Positions 21,212 through 31,123 of a DNA stretch of 64,000 bases are shown piece after piece; the stretch's first letter is position 1; every line of letters begins with the position of its first letter. The DNA comes from Geopsychrobacteraceae bacterium (lineage in GTDB: Bacteria; Desulfobacterota; Desulfuromonadia; Desulfuromonadales; Geopsychrobacteraceae), in the NCBI GenBank assembly GCA_963662315.1, contig OY759353.1, positions 2,048,001-2,112,000 on the forward strand, written 5' to 3'. The position numbers and the translations under genes were made by a program. The notes beneath the pieces are model-generated. The model was given only the letters and a program-made list of their open reading frames with translations. It was not told the origin of the DNA and made no database searches.

Positions 21212-21272
21212 AGTTTTGTCCCTTGCGACAACCCAGTTTCAGATCGGAAAATGGCTGATTCCGGTTGAAAGC

Positions 21273-21782
21273 TCAGTCTGCGTACTGACCGCGCAGGTAT
21301 CTCCACCCAAACAGATCAAGCATCCAGTAAGACACCCCAGGCAAGGGGTTATCGTAATAGGGCTCAATCCGCTCAAAACCAAGCATCTCGTACAGGCGAA
21401 TCGCTGCAGACAGAGAATCGAGGGTATCAAGCAGCATTGTTGAATAACGTAATGCGACGGCTCGCTCGATCAATCTTTCGGCCAGGCGCTGTCCCAGCCC
21501 CATCCCCCTGGCAGCAGGACGGATGTAAAGTCGCTTCATTTCACAAATACGTTTATCGGGCGCCCCGAAAGCGCGCAACGCGCCACAGCCCAGTAACTCC
21601 AAACCATCTTTCGCCAGCAGTAAAACCCCGGATGGGGGTGCATACTTGCCCGGTAATTTCAACACCTCATCCTCAACGCCCTGGAAGGTCAGATCAACAC
21701 CTAAAGAAGCTGTATATTCACGAAACAAGCTCCGTACATGATCTACATCCTGCGTTGACACGGCATCAACGATTTCGATCAT
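21273..21782 (-). CDS. GNAT N-acetyltransferase
   Basis: CEMKRLYIRPAARGMGLG, AIRLYEMLGF; GGAG RBS before MIEIV. Confidence 0.9.
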   Translation of the reverse strand: MIEIVDAVSTQDVDHVRSLFREYTASLGVDLTFQGVEDEVLKLPGKYAPPSGVLLLAKDGLELLGCGALRAFGAPDKRICEMKRLYIRPAARGMGLGQRLAERLIERAVALRYSTMLLDTLDSLSAAIRLYEMLGFERIEPYYDNPLPGVSYWMLDLFGWRYLRGQYAD

Positions 21783-22050
21783 AGTCTCTCCCACCAAAGA
21801 AAGGTCCTAAAACCTTCTTCATTTCATCAGAAATACACGATAAAAAACTTACGCTCCACCCGGTGCGCAATGGCTTCAGATCAGAGATCTCAAAAGCCAC
21901 AAGGTTATTACACATAGAATTGAAACAAATTATCCTGTGGTCGCGAAGTTGTGACCACGCCAACATGTTGCAGAACAAAGTCCCTTAAAGACAGGGGAAT
22001 TATAAATCCAGCCTGACAACCCGCCGCCCGCAAGTTTCATCAAAACTGGT

Positions 22051-22339
22051 TGTGGATAACCTGACAGGTGGTGAGGAAGCAGGAAAATCACACCACTGAT
22101 CAGGGAGTAATCTATTTTAAAAAGAAGGGAATTCTTGGTAACTTACACTTTACGGCCACTCTAACATGTTATTGCTAAAAGGAAAAGTCATCCGAAAGCG
22201 AACATTCTCAAAGGTCAATATCCACAGACTGCCAAGGGAATCATAAAAGACGAACCTCCCGGCCAACAACTGCGGCTACACACAGAAAAAGCCGGTCGTC
22301 AAACCGGCTTTTCCACAATTGTTCACAACTTTATCCACA
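22051..22339. promoter_or_regulatory. DnaA-box cluster
   Basis: TGTGGATAA 22051, ATATCCACA 22218, TTTTCCACA 22309, TTGTTCACA 22319, TTATCCACA 22331. Confidence 0.7.
22285..22313 (-). terminator. Intrinsic terminator after cheV
   Basis: GAAAAAGCCGGT...ACCGGCTTTTC. Confidence 0.7.
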
Positions 22340-22347
22340 AGGAACAG

Positions 22348-23307
22348 TTAGTCGCCAATACCAAGCATTTTATCCATCATCTCAACAAGATATGGAATCT
22401 GGGGCTTCGTCGCATAGCCGTCAGCTCCAACCTGATCGCACTTGCGTGCCATCTGTTCGTTAATCAAAGACGAGAACATGACAACGTTCACCGCACTTAA
22501 AACGGGGTCCTCTTTAATTCTCTTGCACAGAGTCAGACCATCCAGCTTGGGCATTTCAATGTCTGAAATCAAAAGATTCAGATGGTCTGTAATTTTTCCG
22601 GTTTTAGCGACCAACTGCTTCAGTTGCATGATCCGTTCGTAACAATCCTGACCATCGACAAAAACTTCGATATTTATATAACCGGCGCTTTTAAGGATTC
22701 TTTGAATGCCGTCTCGAATCAGGGATGAATCCTCAGCAAGCATCAAGCGCTTGTTTTGGCGCAGTTCAGGCAGACTGAGTCCCGCCGCGGTTGTATTAAT
22801 CTCAGCATTATAATCAAGAGCTGATTCCGGATCAAATTCAGCCACGATATGCTCCAGGTCAACAATAAGAATCTCGCGGTTATCGATGTTGATACTGCCG
22901 GTAAAACGAGGATGATACTGGTCAATAAAATTGGCCATCGGTTGAACATTACTCCAAGTAACGCGATGAATCTGATTGACCCCATCGACCTTGAACCCAT
23001 TGACCCGGTCATTAAATTCACATACCAAGACAACATGTCGCACATCATCCCTGGTCGCTACCCTTTTTTGTCCCAGATGCCCCTTGAGATCAATCAGGGG
23101 AATCGTACTACCTCTGAGGAGTAAAGTACCCAGCATACCAGGGGCGCTGCCCGGAACTGCGGTTAACGCGGAATCATCAAAGGGTATAATCTCTTTTAAT
23201 TTATGAACATTGATGCCGAAAGACTGGGTTCCAAGATAGAATTCAATAATTTCCATCTCATTGGTTCCGCTTTCCAGCAATATTTCCTGCCTCTGGTAAT
23301 CATTCAT
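22348..23307 (-). CDS. cheV: Chemotaxis protein CheV (CheW plus receiver)
   Basis: ILLESGTNEMEI, FGINVHK, AEDS, SDIEMP. Confidence 0.93.
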   Translation of the reverse strand: MNDYQRQEILLESGTNEMEIIEFYLGTQSFGINVHKLKEIIPFDDSALTAVPGSAPGMLGTLLLRGSTIPLIDLKGHLGQKRVATRDDVRHVVLVCEFNDRVNGFKVDGVNQIHRVTWSNVQPMANFIDQYHPRFTGSINIDNREILIVDLEHIVAEFDPESALDYNAEINTTAAGLSLPELRQNKRLMLAEDSSLIRDGIQRILKSAGYINIEVFVDGQDCYERIMQLKQLVAKTGKITDHLNLLISDIEMPKLDGLTLCKRIKEDPVLSAVNVVMFSSLINEQMARKCDQVGADGYATKPQIPYLVEMMDKMLGIGD

Positions 23308-23470
23308 ATCCCGCCACTCCCCAACAAAAGTTAGCAAAAATTAATTTCTTATTTGATCACCTTCCTTTCCTTTTGTCAATATGGCCCAGAAAATTAGCAC
23401 TGCATGATGATAGTTTTTCAGGTATAGTCACTGATTAACAGATTAGATTCTAGCAGTCGTGAGGTTATGA

Positions 23471-24571
23471 ATGACAGATATGGCCCAAACTCATTACCGC
23501 CTTGGATTGAACTACTATCAAGGCAAAGGGGTCGAAAAATCCTTTATTGAGGCGATGAAATGGTTCCGCCTGGCGGCGCAGCATCACCATCCCAAAGCAT
23601 TATTCATGCTCGGCCGTATGTATGACGAGGGCAAAGGAATCGGCAGCAATCCGGCAGAAGCCGTAAAATATTACGAAAAAGCAGCGACTCTCGGCTATGC
23701 CCGCGCCCAAAACATGCTGGGTCAGGCATATATCAAGGGACGCGGTGTTGCCATTGATTACAACCAGGCATTGCACTGGTTCCGCAAGGCAGCCGATGCG
23801 AACTTTTCGGACGCTCAGTACAACCTCGGGCTGATGTATGCCAAAGGGCATGGTGTTCCGAAGGATTTTATCGAAGCGAAGCGCTGGTGGGGACTGGCTG
23901 CAGACCAGGGCAATCCTAAGGTTCAGTTCACCCTTGGCCACATGTACCTGGTCGGTAAAGGGGTGAAAAAAAATTACTCCAAAGCCAGACAATGGCTGAA
24001 ACAAGCCGCCGAGCAGGGCTTACCGACAGCCCAATACCACCTTGGCATGATGTACGCGCGCGGTACGGGTGTCTTGCAAAATACCACGGAAGCCTGTAAT
24101 TGGCTGCGCAAGGCAGCGGAGCAAAATTATCTTGATGCAATCTACCACTTGGGTCGACTGCACAGCTCAGGCAGTGAGGAGGTTAGAGATCCTCTGACTG
24201 CGGTGGTCCTTCTTAAACAAGCCGCAACCCGGGGCCATGAGCGCGCCCAGGTACTGCTTGGCCATCACCTTGCCAAAGGGCTGGGCACTGGGCAGGATCT
24301 GCAACTGGCTTTTCATTGGTGGACCGAAGCCGCGAAAAATCATAATAATGCGGACGCGCAATATAATCTCGGCATTATGTATCTGAATGGCAAAGGGGTC
24401 GAGATGAACGCCATGGAGGGAAAAAAATGGCTGACCATGGCCGCAGATCAGGGACATACCAAGGCCCAATATTGTCTGGGAGTTATGTATTCAACCGGCA
24501 AAGGGGTGCCACAGGATATCGACGAAGCGTTCCGCTGGAAAGAAGCTGCCGAGTTCTGGGAAGCACTCTGA
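23471..24571 (+). CDS. Sel1-repeat protein
   Basis: About ten AQxxLGxMYxxGxGV...AxxWxxxAA repeats; no obvious signal peptide. Confidence 0.92.
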   Translation: MTDMAQTHYRLGLNYYQGKGVEKSFIEAMKWFRLAAQHHHPKALFMLGRMYDEGKGIGSNPAEAVKYYEKAATLGYARAQNMLGQAYIKGRGVAIDYNQALHWFRKAADANFSDAQYNLGLMYAKGHGVPKDFIEAKRWWGLAADQGNPKVQFTLGHMYLVGKGVKKNYSKARQWLKQAAEQGLPTAQYHLGMMYARGTGVLQNTTEACNWLRKAAEQNYLDAIYHLGRLHSSGSEEVRDPLTAVVLLKQAATRGHERAQVLLGHHLAKGLGTGQDLQLAFHWWTEAAKNHNNADAQYNLGIMYLNGKGVEMNAMEGKKWLTMAADQGHTKAQYCLGVMYSTGKGVPQDIDEAFRWKEAAEFWEAL

Positions 24572-24621
24572 TATAACCAGTAAAAAAGGTAGAATGCCCA
24601 ATAGTTTTCTACCTTTTGTTA

Positions 24622-25497
24622 TTACAGATAATCCAATATCGACAGTTGGGACAACCGCGAACTTACCGACATAGCAGCTTCGTAGCCTTGTTCAGCCTGG
24701 GCAATGCCAGTCATAACTTCCACCAGATCAGCATCTTCATAGTTGGACAGTCGTTCCTGCATCTGTAATTGCAGATTGCTCAGCAATGTCGAAACATCAT
24801 CCATACGACTGTTGATATTTCCCATTTCACTGCGTTTACCGCGTATCTGTTCTGCAGCGCCTTCCAAAGCGGTCAAAGATGTTTCCAGGCCAGCGGTATC
24901 GTTTGAGGACAAAGCGTTTTCCAGGTCATCAAGGACGCTAAAAACATCCATCGGGGTGGTAAAAACTTCATCGCCGGTCAAATTGCTTTGCACCGATTGG
25001 CCACTGCTGATTTCAACCATCTTATGGTCACTGGTTCCCTGGAAGGTCACCGGATCGCCACTGAAGGGTTCTGTCTGTTCTGCATATCCAGCAAAAATAT
25101 ACTTTCCATCGACCTGGGCATTGCCAATATCTAAAAGTGCGGCTTTCAATTCCCTGACTTCATTCGCATAAGTTTCAAGATCATTATCATTCACAGAACC
25201 GTTAATCGCGGCCGTCGCAATTTCTTTGGCTCTGACCATGATATTTTCAGCACTGTCAAGATAACCATCAAGAATATCGAGCCCCCCCTGGACATCGGCA
25301 ATACTTTCCTTATAGCGGGTTGATACATCGATGGCGGTGCGTGAGCTGAAAATCGATCCGATTGCCGAAGGATCATCAGATGCGTTTATAACTTTTTTCC
25401 CCGTGGAAGCCTGGAGATAAAACTCAGCCATGTTGGCATTGCCTTTATTTAAAGTGGATTGCAACGTACGATATAGCGACGTTTGTGTAACTTTCAT
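24622..25497 (-). CDS. flgL: Flagellar hook-associated protein 3
   Basis: STGKK...SDDP, YIFAG, terminal LSILDYL. Confidence 0.92.
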   Translation of the reverse strand: MKVTQTSLYRTLQSTLNKGNANMAEFYLQASTGKKVINASDDPSAIGSIFSSRTAIDVSTRYKESIADVQGGLDILDGYLDSAENIMVRAKEIATAAINGSVNDNDLETYANEVRELKAALLDIGNAQVDGKYIFAGYAEQTEPFSGDPVTFQGTSDHKMVEISSGQSVQSNLTGDEVFTTPMDVFSVLDDLENALSSNDTAGLETSLTALEGAAEQIRGKRSEMGNINSRMDDVSTLLSNLQLQMQERLSNYEDADLVEVMTGIAQAEQGYEAAMSVSSRLSQLSILDYL

Positions 25498-25505
25498 GCT
25501 TCACC

Positions 25506-26900
25506 TCACATGGCTATCAAAGTATCCATTAATTCATCGACAGTGCTGACAAAACGCGCCGCTGCCTCATAGCCGGTCTGATACTGCACCAGCATCAGTA
25601 TCTCTTCATTGATTGAAACACCGGCGACCGTATCGCGCATATTCTGCATCTGCATCAGCGAATCCCCGGCACTCTCCAGTGCGGCCTTATTTTGGCTGAC
25701 ATCCAGACCAACGCGGGATGCGATGGCTGCATAGTAGTCATTTAAAGTACTGCTGCCATTAACCAGAGGTTCGTCTTGCAGCTTTACCATGTTGAGAGTA
25801 TTGCCATTGTCACCGGGCTGATTATTGGGCGCGGCGATAACGCCTGCAGCCACCTGCCGGGGATCGGTCAATGCCATGGTCAGGCTTGACGCTGCCCCAC
25901 TCCAGGCGTTGGGACCGGAACCTGAAATGGAAAAAAAATCAGTTCCGGATACGCCATCAAGATCAACTCCGCCGCTATGGACGGAATTCACAGCGGTCGC
26001 CAGGTTGTAAGCAAGGACATCGATGTCATCTTTGAGTTCGGGAATGTATTCATCGCGCATCTCCAGCATGCCACCGATCTCGCCGCCGAAATCACTCCGA
26101 TCCAAAACAGAGTTCTTCACACCTGAGACAAGACTCACCTGCAGAGTCCCTCCCACCCATTCCGTTTCCAGAGAGCTTACCGTGTCGGCAGAGACTAAAG
26201 GTTGCCCGTTACTCATCTGCACGGATACCATGCCGTTTGCTTCTTCATAATAATTGACACCGGCGACTTCAGATATTTCCTGTAAAAGAACATCGCGACG
26301 ATCACGCATGGCATTGGCCTGGACACCACTCGATTCCGCAGACAGAATCTGCACATTTAGATCGGCAACTTCTTTTAATTGCTCATTAAGTGACGAAATC
26401 TTTCCCTTGATATCGTCGTTGACACTCTCCGTCACCGCATCCAAATCACCAACCATGGACTGAAACGATGTCGCCAGGGCTTCCCCTGCTTGCATGACCT
26501 GCCGCCGTTCAAGCGTTCCGGACGGATTGTCACTCAGTTCTTGCCAGGCGTCGAAATAGGCATCCAGGTCGGTTGACAGACTGCTGTTACTCACGCCAAC
26601 CATGCGTTCAATCTCCGCCAGGATCAGACTTTTTGAATTTTCCTCACCATAACCGGCTTTTTTATAGGTCAACTGCCTGGATATAAAGCCATTGTTTTCA
26701 CGGTTGATGGCGCTTACGGTTGCCCCGGAACCGACCATTTGCCCTTTAAACTCAAGGGTCGGAGAAGATGAAACAACCAGCCGCTGGCGTGAATACCCTT
26801 CGGTATTGATATTGGCAACGTTGTTACCTATCACTTCAATACCTTTCTGACTCACTGTCAGACCGCTCCCCCCAATAAATAAGGAACTCAGCAGGCTCAT
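25506..26900 (-). CDS. flgK: Flagellar hook-associated protein 1
   Basis: GNNVANINTEGYSRQ, GVSINEE, YEAAAR; start at MSLLSS. Confidence 0.92.
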   Translation of the reverse strand: MSLLSSLFIGGSGLTVSQKGIEVIGNNVANINTEGYSRQRLVVSSSPTLEFKGQMVGSGATVSAINRENNGFISRQLTYKKAGYGEENSKSLILAEIERMVGVSNSSLSTDLDAYFDAWQELSDNPSGTLERRQVMQAGEALATSFQSMVGDLDAVTESVNDDIKGKISSLNEQLKEVADLNVQILSAESSGVQANAMRDRRDVLLQEISEVAGVNYYEEANGMVSVQMSNGQPLVSADTVSSLETEWVGGTLQVSLVSGVKNSVLDRSDFGGEIGGMLEMRDEYIPELKDDIDVLAYNLATAVNSVHSGGVDLDGVSGTDFFSISGSGPNAWSGAASSLTMALTDPRQVAAGVIAAPNNQPGDNGNTLNMVKLQDEPLVNGSSTLNDYYAAIASRVGLDVSQNKAALESAGDSLMQMQNMRDTVAGVSINEEILMLVQYQTGYEAAARFVSTVDELMDTLIAM

Positions 26901-26901
26901 C

Positions 26902-27258
26902 TCAGACCCTTCCTGTGTGCAACAGCCCCATGGTTTGCACCTCAATCTGGTGCCCATGACGGCCATACATGGTAGAGGACAGTTCCCGACGACAACTGGT
27001 CATCGTCTGGCGCAGAAAATTCAGCGTTGCGGAAAGCAGCCGGGCATTGCGACGATTCTGGCTACGCAAACTGTTCGCGAATGTCTTGAGTCCTTCCGGA
27101 CAGGGACCTGAGTGTGTTTTCAATTCCATAAGCAGCACCCCTTTTTGATCCTGGAGAACCTTGAGTTCTTCCACCCGCAGTTGAATCGCATATTCCCGTT
27201 CCTGGCAGATCAACTGCTGCAATTGGGTCAATTTCTGGAACAAATCTTCATGCGTCAT
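26902..27258 (-). CDS. flgN: Flagellar export chaperone FlgN-like
   Basis: Helical 118 aa with NxRNARL and a YG tail, directly upstream of flgK. Confidence 0.7.
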   Translation of the reverse strand: MTHEDLFQKLTQLQQLICQEREYAIQLRVEELKVLQDQKGVLLMELKTHSGPCPEGLKTFANSLRSQNRRNARLLSATLNFLRQTMTSCRRELSSTMYGRHGHQIEVQTMGLLHTGRV

Positions 27259-27285
27259 AGCTCTGCCCTTTCAGCCCCTGCGACA

Positions 27286-28554
27286 TCAGCGCTTCAAACT
27301 GATCAATTCCTGCAGCATCTCATCCGTGGTGGTAATGATTTTGGACGATGCTGAATAGCCATTCTGGATTGTGATCAGATCAACAAACTCCTGGGCCAGA
27401 TTGACGTTCGACATTTCCAGCCTGTTGGTATAGATATAGCCTTGAGAAGCTCCAGACGTACCGACACTCGGTTCCCCGGAGTTGGCGGTTGCCGCATAAA
27501 GGCTGCCACCCTGTTTTTCAAGTCCTGCCGGATCATTGAAGGTTGCAAGCGTCAAACTTGCGATTTTAATTTTGTCTCCGTTGGAATAGCTGGCAACAAC
27601 TGAGCCTTCGTCATCAATGGAGACGTCAACGACCTCTCCTGGTGGATAACCATCCTGATGCTGAGAAATGACTCGCGATGAATTATTGCGTTGGGTGGTA
27701 TCGAAGGTGATTTCAACCTCTTGGCCTGTACTTGAACCATTGGTCCACATAATTGCCCCGGCCACGGTATTGCCAACATTGCCGCTCACCAGATCGCCAT
27801 GCGTGTCAAACGTCAAGGTTCCACTCCCGAGTTCGGTCAGGTCAGTAGCCGCAGCAACGGATGGATCCAGCTCGTCACTATCGACAACCATATGCCATTC
27901 CCAGGTGTTGGCTGCTGTTTTCGTAAAGTAGGTTGTTACGGTATGGCTGTCGCCAAGGGAATCATAGATCTCGGTTGAGGTAGAATAATTGGCCGTATCA
28001 TCCACATTGGTGATATCGAAAGCCCCGATAACGTCTGAGGCGGAATCAAGGTTTGTAGTCAGAGTCAGTTCACTGGTCTGCTTGGCGGCAATCTGACTGT
28101 TAAAATCAACCCTGATATCCTTGGGATCGCCTCCACTTAAAACGCCATCTTCATAAAGTTTCCCCTGGACCCGATAACCAGCGTCGTTCACCAGATAGCC
28201 ATCATTGTTAAAAAAGAATTTACCGTTACGCGTATAATTGACTTCAGCTGCATCAGGCGCGCTGACCATGAAAAAGCCGTCTCCATAAATGGCCAGATCC
28301 GTTGAACTCGACGTATCGGCGAAAGACCCCTGGCTGAAAACTGAGGTTACCGACGCAATCTGCACTCCACGACCGACCTGAGACTGACCGCCAGAGCTTG
28401 CGATGCGCGCAGAAAGCACATCTGAAAACCGGGTAGCGCTCGATTTAAAACCAATGGTATTACTGTTGGAGATATTGTTACCGGTCACGCTCATCGCTTC
28501 AGAATTGGCTTTCAGGCCGCTGATTCCGGTATAGAGGGTACTGGAAAGACCCAT
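27286..28554 (-). CDS. flgE: Flagellar hook protein
   Basis: GNNISNSNTIGFK, YTRNGKF, LEMSNVNLAQEF. Confidence 0.95.
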   Translation of the reverse strand: MGLSSTLYTGISGLKANSEAMSVTGNNISNSNTIGFKSSATRFSDVLSARIASSGGQSQVGRGVQIASVTSVFSQGSFADTSSSTDLAIYGDGFFMVSAPDAAEVNYTRNGKFFFNNDGYLVNDAGYRVQGKLYEDGVLSGGDPKDIRVDFNSQIAAKQTSELTLTTNLDSASDVIGAFDITNVDDTANYSTSTEIYDSLGDSHTVTTYFTKTAANTWEWHMVVDSDELDPSVAAATDLTELGSGTLTFDTHGDLVSGNVGNTVAGAIMWTNGSSTGQEVEITFDTTQRNNSSRVISQHQDGYPPGEVVDVSIDDEGSVVASYSNGDKIKIASLTLATFNDPAGLEKQGGSLYAATANSGEPSVGTSGASQGYIYTNRLEMSNVNLAQEFVDLITIQNGYSASSKIITTTDEMLQELISLKR

Positions 28555-28589
28555 AAGTGCCTCCTTGTTGATTAATTTTTATTGCTGAA

Positions 28590-28853
28590 TCAGGCGATTA
28601 CAGCGCTGTCGATATTGGTAAATACGTTCTGCTGCAGTTGCTCCCAGCCAACAATGGTAATGACCTTGGCATTGGCAACGCTGACCACCATAGCCAGTTG
28701 CTCCAGCAGCACTAAGGACAGCTGCCCACCCTTGTTCGCCAGGCATGTCACGGCCCGCTCAAGCCGTTCCAAATCCTGTGACGACAGGACCACCTGACGC
28801 TGCTCCAGCCTCTGCTGCGCATGCCGTGAAAAATCGAGACTCGGGTTCATCAT
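28590..28853 (-). CDS. Flagellar operon protein (TIGR02530-like)
   Basis: FSRHAQQRL...VFTNIDSAVI, between flgD and flgE. Confidence 0.85.
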   Translation of the reverse strand: MMNPSLDFSRHAQQRLEQRQVVLSSQDLERLERAVTCLANKGGQLSLVLLEQLAMVVSVANAKVITIVGWEQLQQNVFTNIDSAVIA

Positions 28854-28871
28854 ATAAACACTCCTTTGTTC

Positions 28872-29531
28872 CTAATGACTGACCACGGAAGAGATCCCAC
28901 TGAAGGGGATATTCCCGGCATTTGTCATCAGGATGCTGCCGGAAGCATCACAACCGACTTCGTCTACAACAGTCTTCACCAACGTCTGAACAGACAGGTC
29001 TTCTCCGTCCGCATCGGTACCGTTGATTTTCATCGTATACAGTCCCTGCGGTACCTGTTTCCCTGAGTTATCTGTGCCATCCCAGGTTATGAAGTTGTAG
29101 CCTTTTTCAAGGTCATTCATGTCAAAGCTGGCCACGACCTCGCCATCTTCATCAAGAATGTCCATGCTGACATCCTCGGCTTCACCGGACAGGCTAAAAC
29201 CAAGTTCCACGGACTTTCCCTGTAAATAGAAGTTATCCGTAGCAACAATGACCTTCTCGCCCAGCAGCGAAAATGCTGACATCTGCTCGATATTGCTTTG
29301 CGCAGAGAGAAGAGAATCAAGCTTCTCATTGGTGCCTATCTGCTGTTCCAGAGAACTGAACTGGGCCATTTGGGCAACAAATTCGGCATTATCCTGAGGG
29401 TTCAGCGGATCCTGGTGTTGCAATTGCGCCACCAGCAAGTTCAGAAAATCTTCTTTTCCCAAATTATTCTTCGCGCTGGGCAGCTTGTTTGCCGCATTTG
29501 CGGCGCTTTCAGTTACAGAGCTGATTGCCAT
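28872..29531 (-). CDS. flgD: Flagellar hook capping protein
   Basis: FLNLLVAQLQHQDPLNP, AQFSSLEQ, WDG; GGAG RBS before MAISS. Confidence 0.95.
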   Translation of the reverse strand: MAISSVTESAANAANKLPSAKNNLGKEDFLNLLVAQLQHQDPLNPQDNAEFVAQMAQFSSLEQQIGTNEKLDSLLSAQSNIEQMSAFSLLGEKVIVATDNFYLQGKSVELGFSLSGEAEDVSMDILDEDGEVVASFDMNDLEKGYNFITWDGTDNSGKQVPQGLYTMKINGTDADGEDLSVQTLVKTVVDEVGCDASGSILMTNAGNIPFSGISSVVSH

Positions 29532-29917
29532 GTTATTCTCCAATGCATAGTGCTCATTGCGCCCCCCTTGGCCAGCGGAAGCAACACAATCACGTCAAAC
29601 GTCATCAAGATGTTCCTCTTTTCGGCTCTCCTGCTTACCGGCTATGTAGTCATTTTGTTCGCTTTTCGTATGTTATTTCAAACAGTTATATACGTTCTGT
29701 TACAATTGCTACATGCTCTGAAATATTGATAAGAACCCAGCATGGGCTACCCGCGACACAGGGTGACAACAGCCGAGTTCTCAATTTGAAGAAAATGAAA
29801 TAGCGAAGCGAAGGTTCAGATAAGGGTTGAACAAATAGTCAGGGATTAGAGTCAGCCCGAGAACTGACCGGCTGAAGGGAAGGGAGCGGGTTCATCCTTG
29901 AACCCTGATTCTGCTAT

Positions 29918-30691
29918 TTACTTACGACCATCTCCGGTTAGAAGATAGCCAGCGCCACGGACGGTTTTAAGATAACGCGGGTGAAGCGAATCATCACCGA
30001 TCTTGCTCCGGATCCGTGAAATATAAATATCGATAGAACGATCAAAACCATTATATTCAGTATTGTAAAGGTAACGATGAATGTCATCTCGGCTCAGAAC
30101 TATGCGGGCATTCTGGGCCAGGCACCAGAGAACATCGAATTCCCGAGTCGTCAGTTCAACAATGGTGTTACTGGTCCGCACCTCGCGCCGTCCCGCGTCA
30201 ATCACCAGTTGCCCCAGCTGAATCACCTGATTATTGGCCGTTTGAAACTCCTGTGAACGGCGTATGACAGCCCTTATTTTGGCGATGAGCAATGCCAGGC
30301 TCATCGGTTTGAGCAGAAATTCGTCTACTCCCATTTCCAGACCGAGAACTTGCAGCATTTCGTCAGCCTGATTAGCCAGAACCAAAAGCGGCCCCTGATA
30401 GGAAGACCTGAGTTGACGACAGCGACCAATCTCTTCCATGGTAGGCACATTGAAAATGATGAGGATCAAATCCGGTGGTCCACTGGCAAAGTCTTCCTCC
30501 ATCAACTGCCTTGAGAAAAGTTCATGGACTTTGAATCCTTCGTGAATAAAACCATCTAAAAATTCTTTCTGGATTTTCTCTTCACTGAACAAGTACAGCT
30601 GTTTTCCTTCAGTGAGAGACAATTGTGAGTACTCAGGACTTTTCATTGCCGCATAGGCAACATTGTCTTGTTTGATAAAATACATAGGCAA
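29918..30691 (-). CDS. OmpR/RstA-like response regulator with atypical receiver
   Basis: wHTH LTTREF...DRSIDIYISRIR...KTVRGAGY; receiver lacks the canonical acidic residues; start uncertain. Confidence 0.85.
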   Translation of the reverse strand: MPMYFIKQDNVAYAAMKSPEYSQLSLTEGKQLYLFSEEKIQKEFLDGFIHEGFKVHELFSRQLMEEDFASGPPDLILIIFNVPTMEEIGRCRQLRSSYQGPLLVLANQADEMLQVLGLEMGVDEFLLKPMSLALLIAKIRAVIRRSQEFQTANNQVIQLGQLVIDAGRREVRTSNTIVELTTREFDVLWCLAQNARIVLSRDDIHRYLYNTEYNGFDRSIDIYISRIRSKIGDDSLHPRYLKTVRGAGYLLTGDGRK

Positions 30692-31123
30692 CTCTGATTC
30701 AAGATTAGTAAGCGGTTGTAGACTCTCTGCTTTCCACCATAGGAGTTCTTGTAAAACGACAGAAAAGAGCGTCCCCTTCTGGTCTATTAAGACCAGAAAA
30801 TATTAAAATAATTCAATAACGTAGGATTATACCTGGAAATTCATGTATTGATTCAAATGTTACAGAAAAGCTATACGGTGAATTATTTTGAAAAACTAAC
30901 CAAAAAAAGAGGAAGAAATATGAAAGAAATAAGGAAATTGGCAGCACCCGCAAAAAAATAATGATTTCTTAATTTCAGCAATAAACTTCTGCCCAAAATT
31001 GCCGAAAAGTACAGTGTTCATGTCCACGGAGGGATATTATCTTTGACCTGAATGATTGGTAGCCCAGACCTAGACCAATAATCATTCACAAGAAATATCA
31101 ACCTTCACAAATCGAGAATTGGT

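Noticed and set aside
29610..29650. sigma28 promoter for flgD (GCCGAAAA on the minus strand)
   Set aside because: No TAAA at the expected spacing
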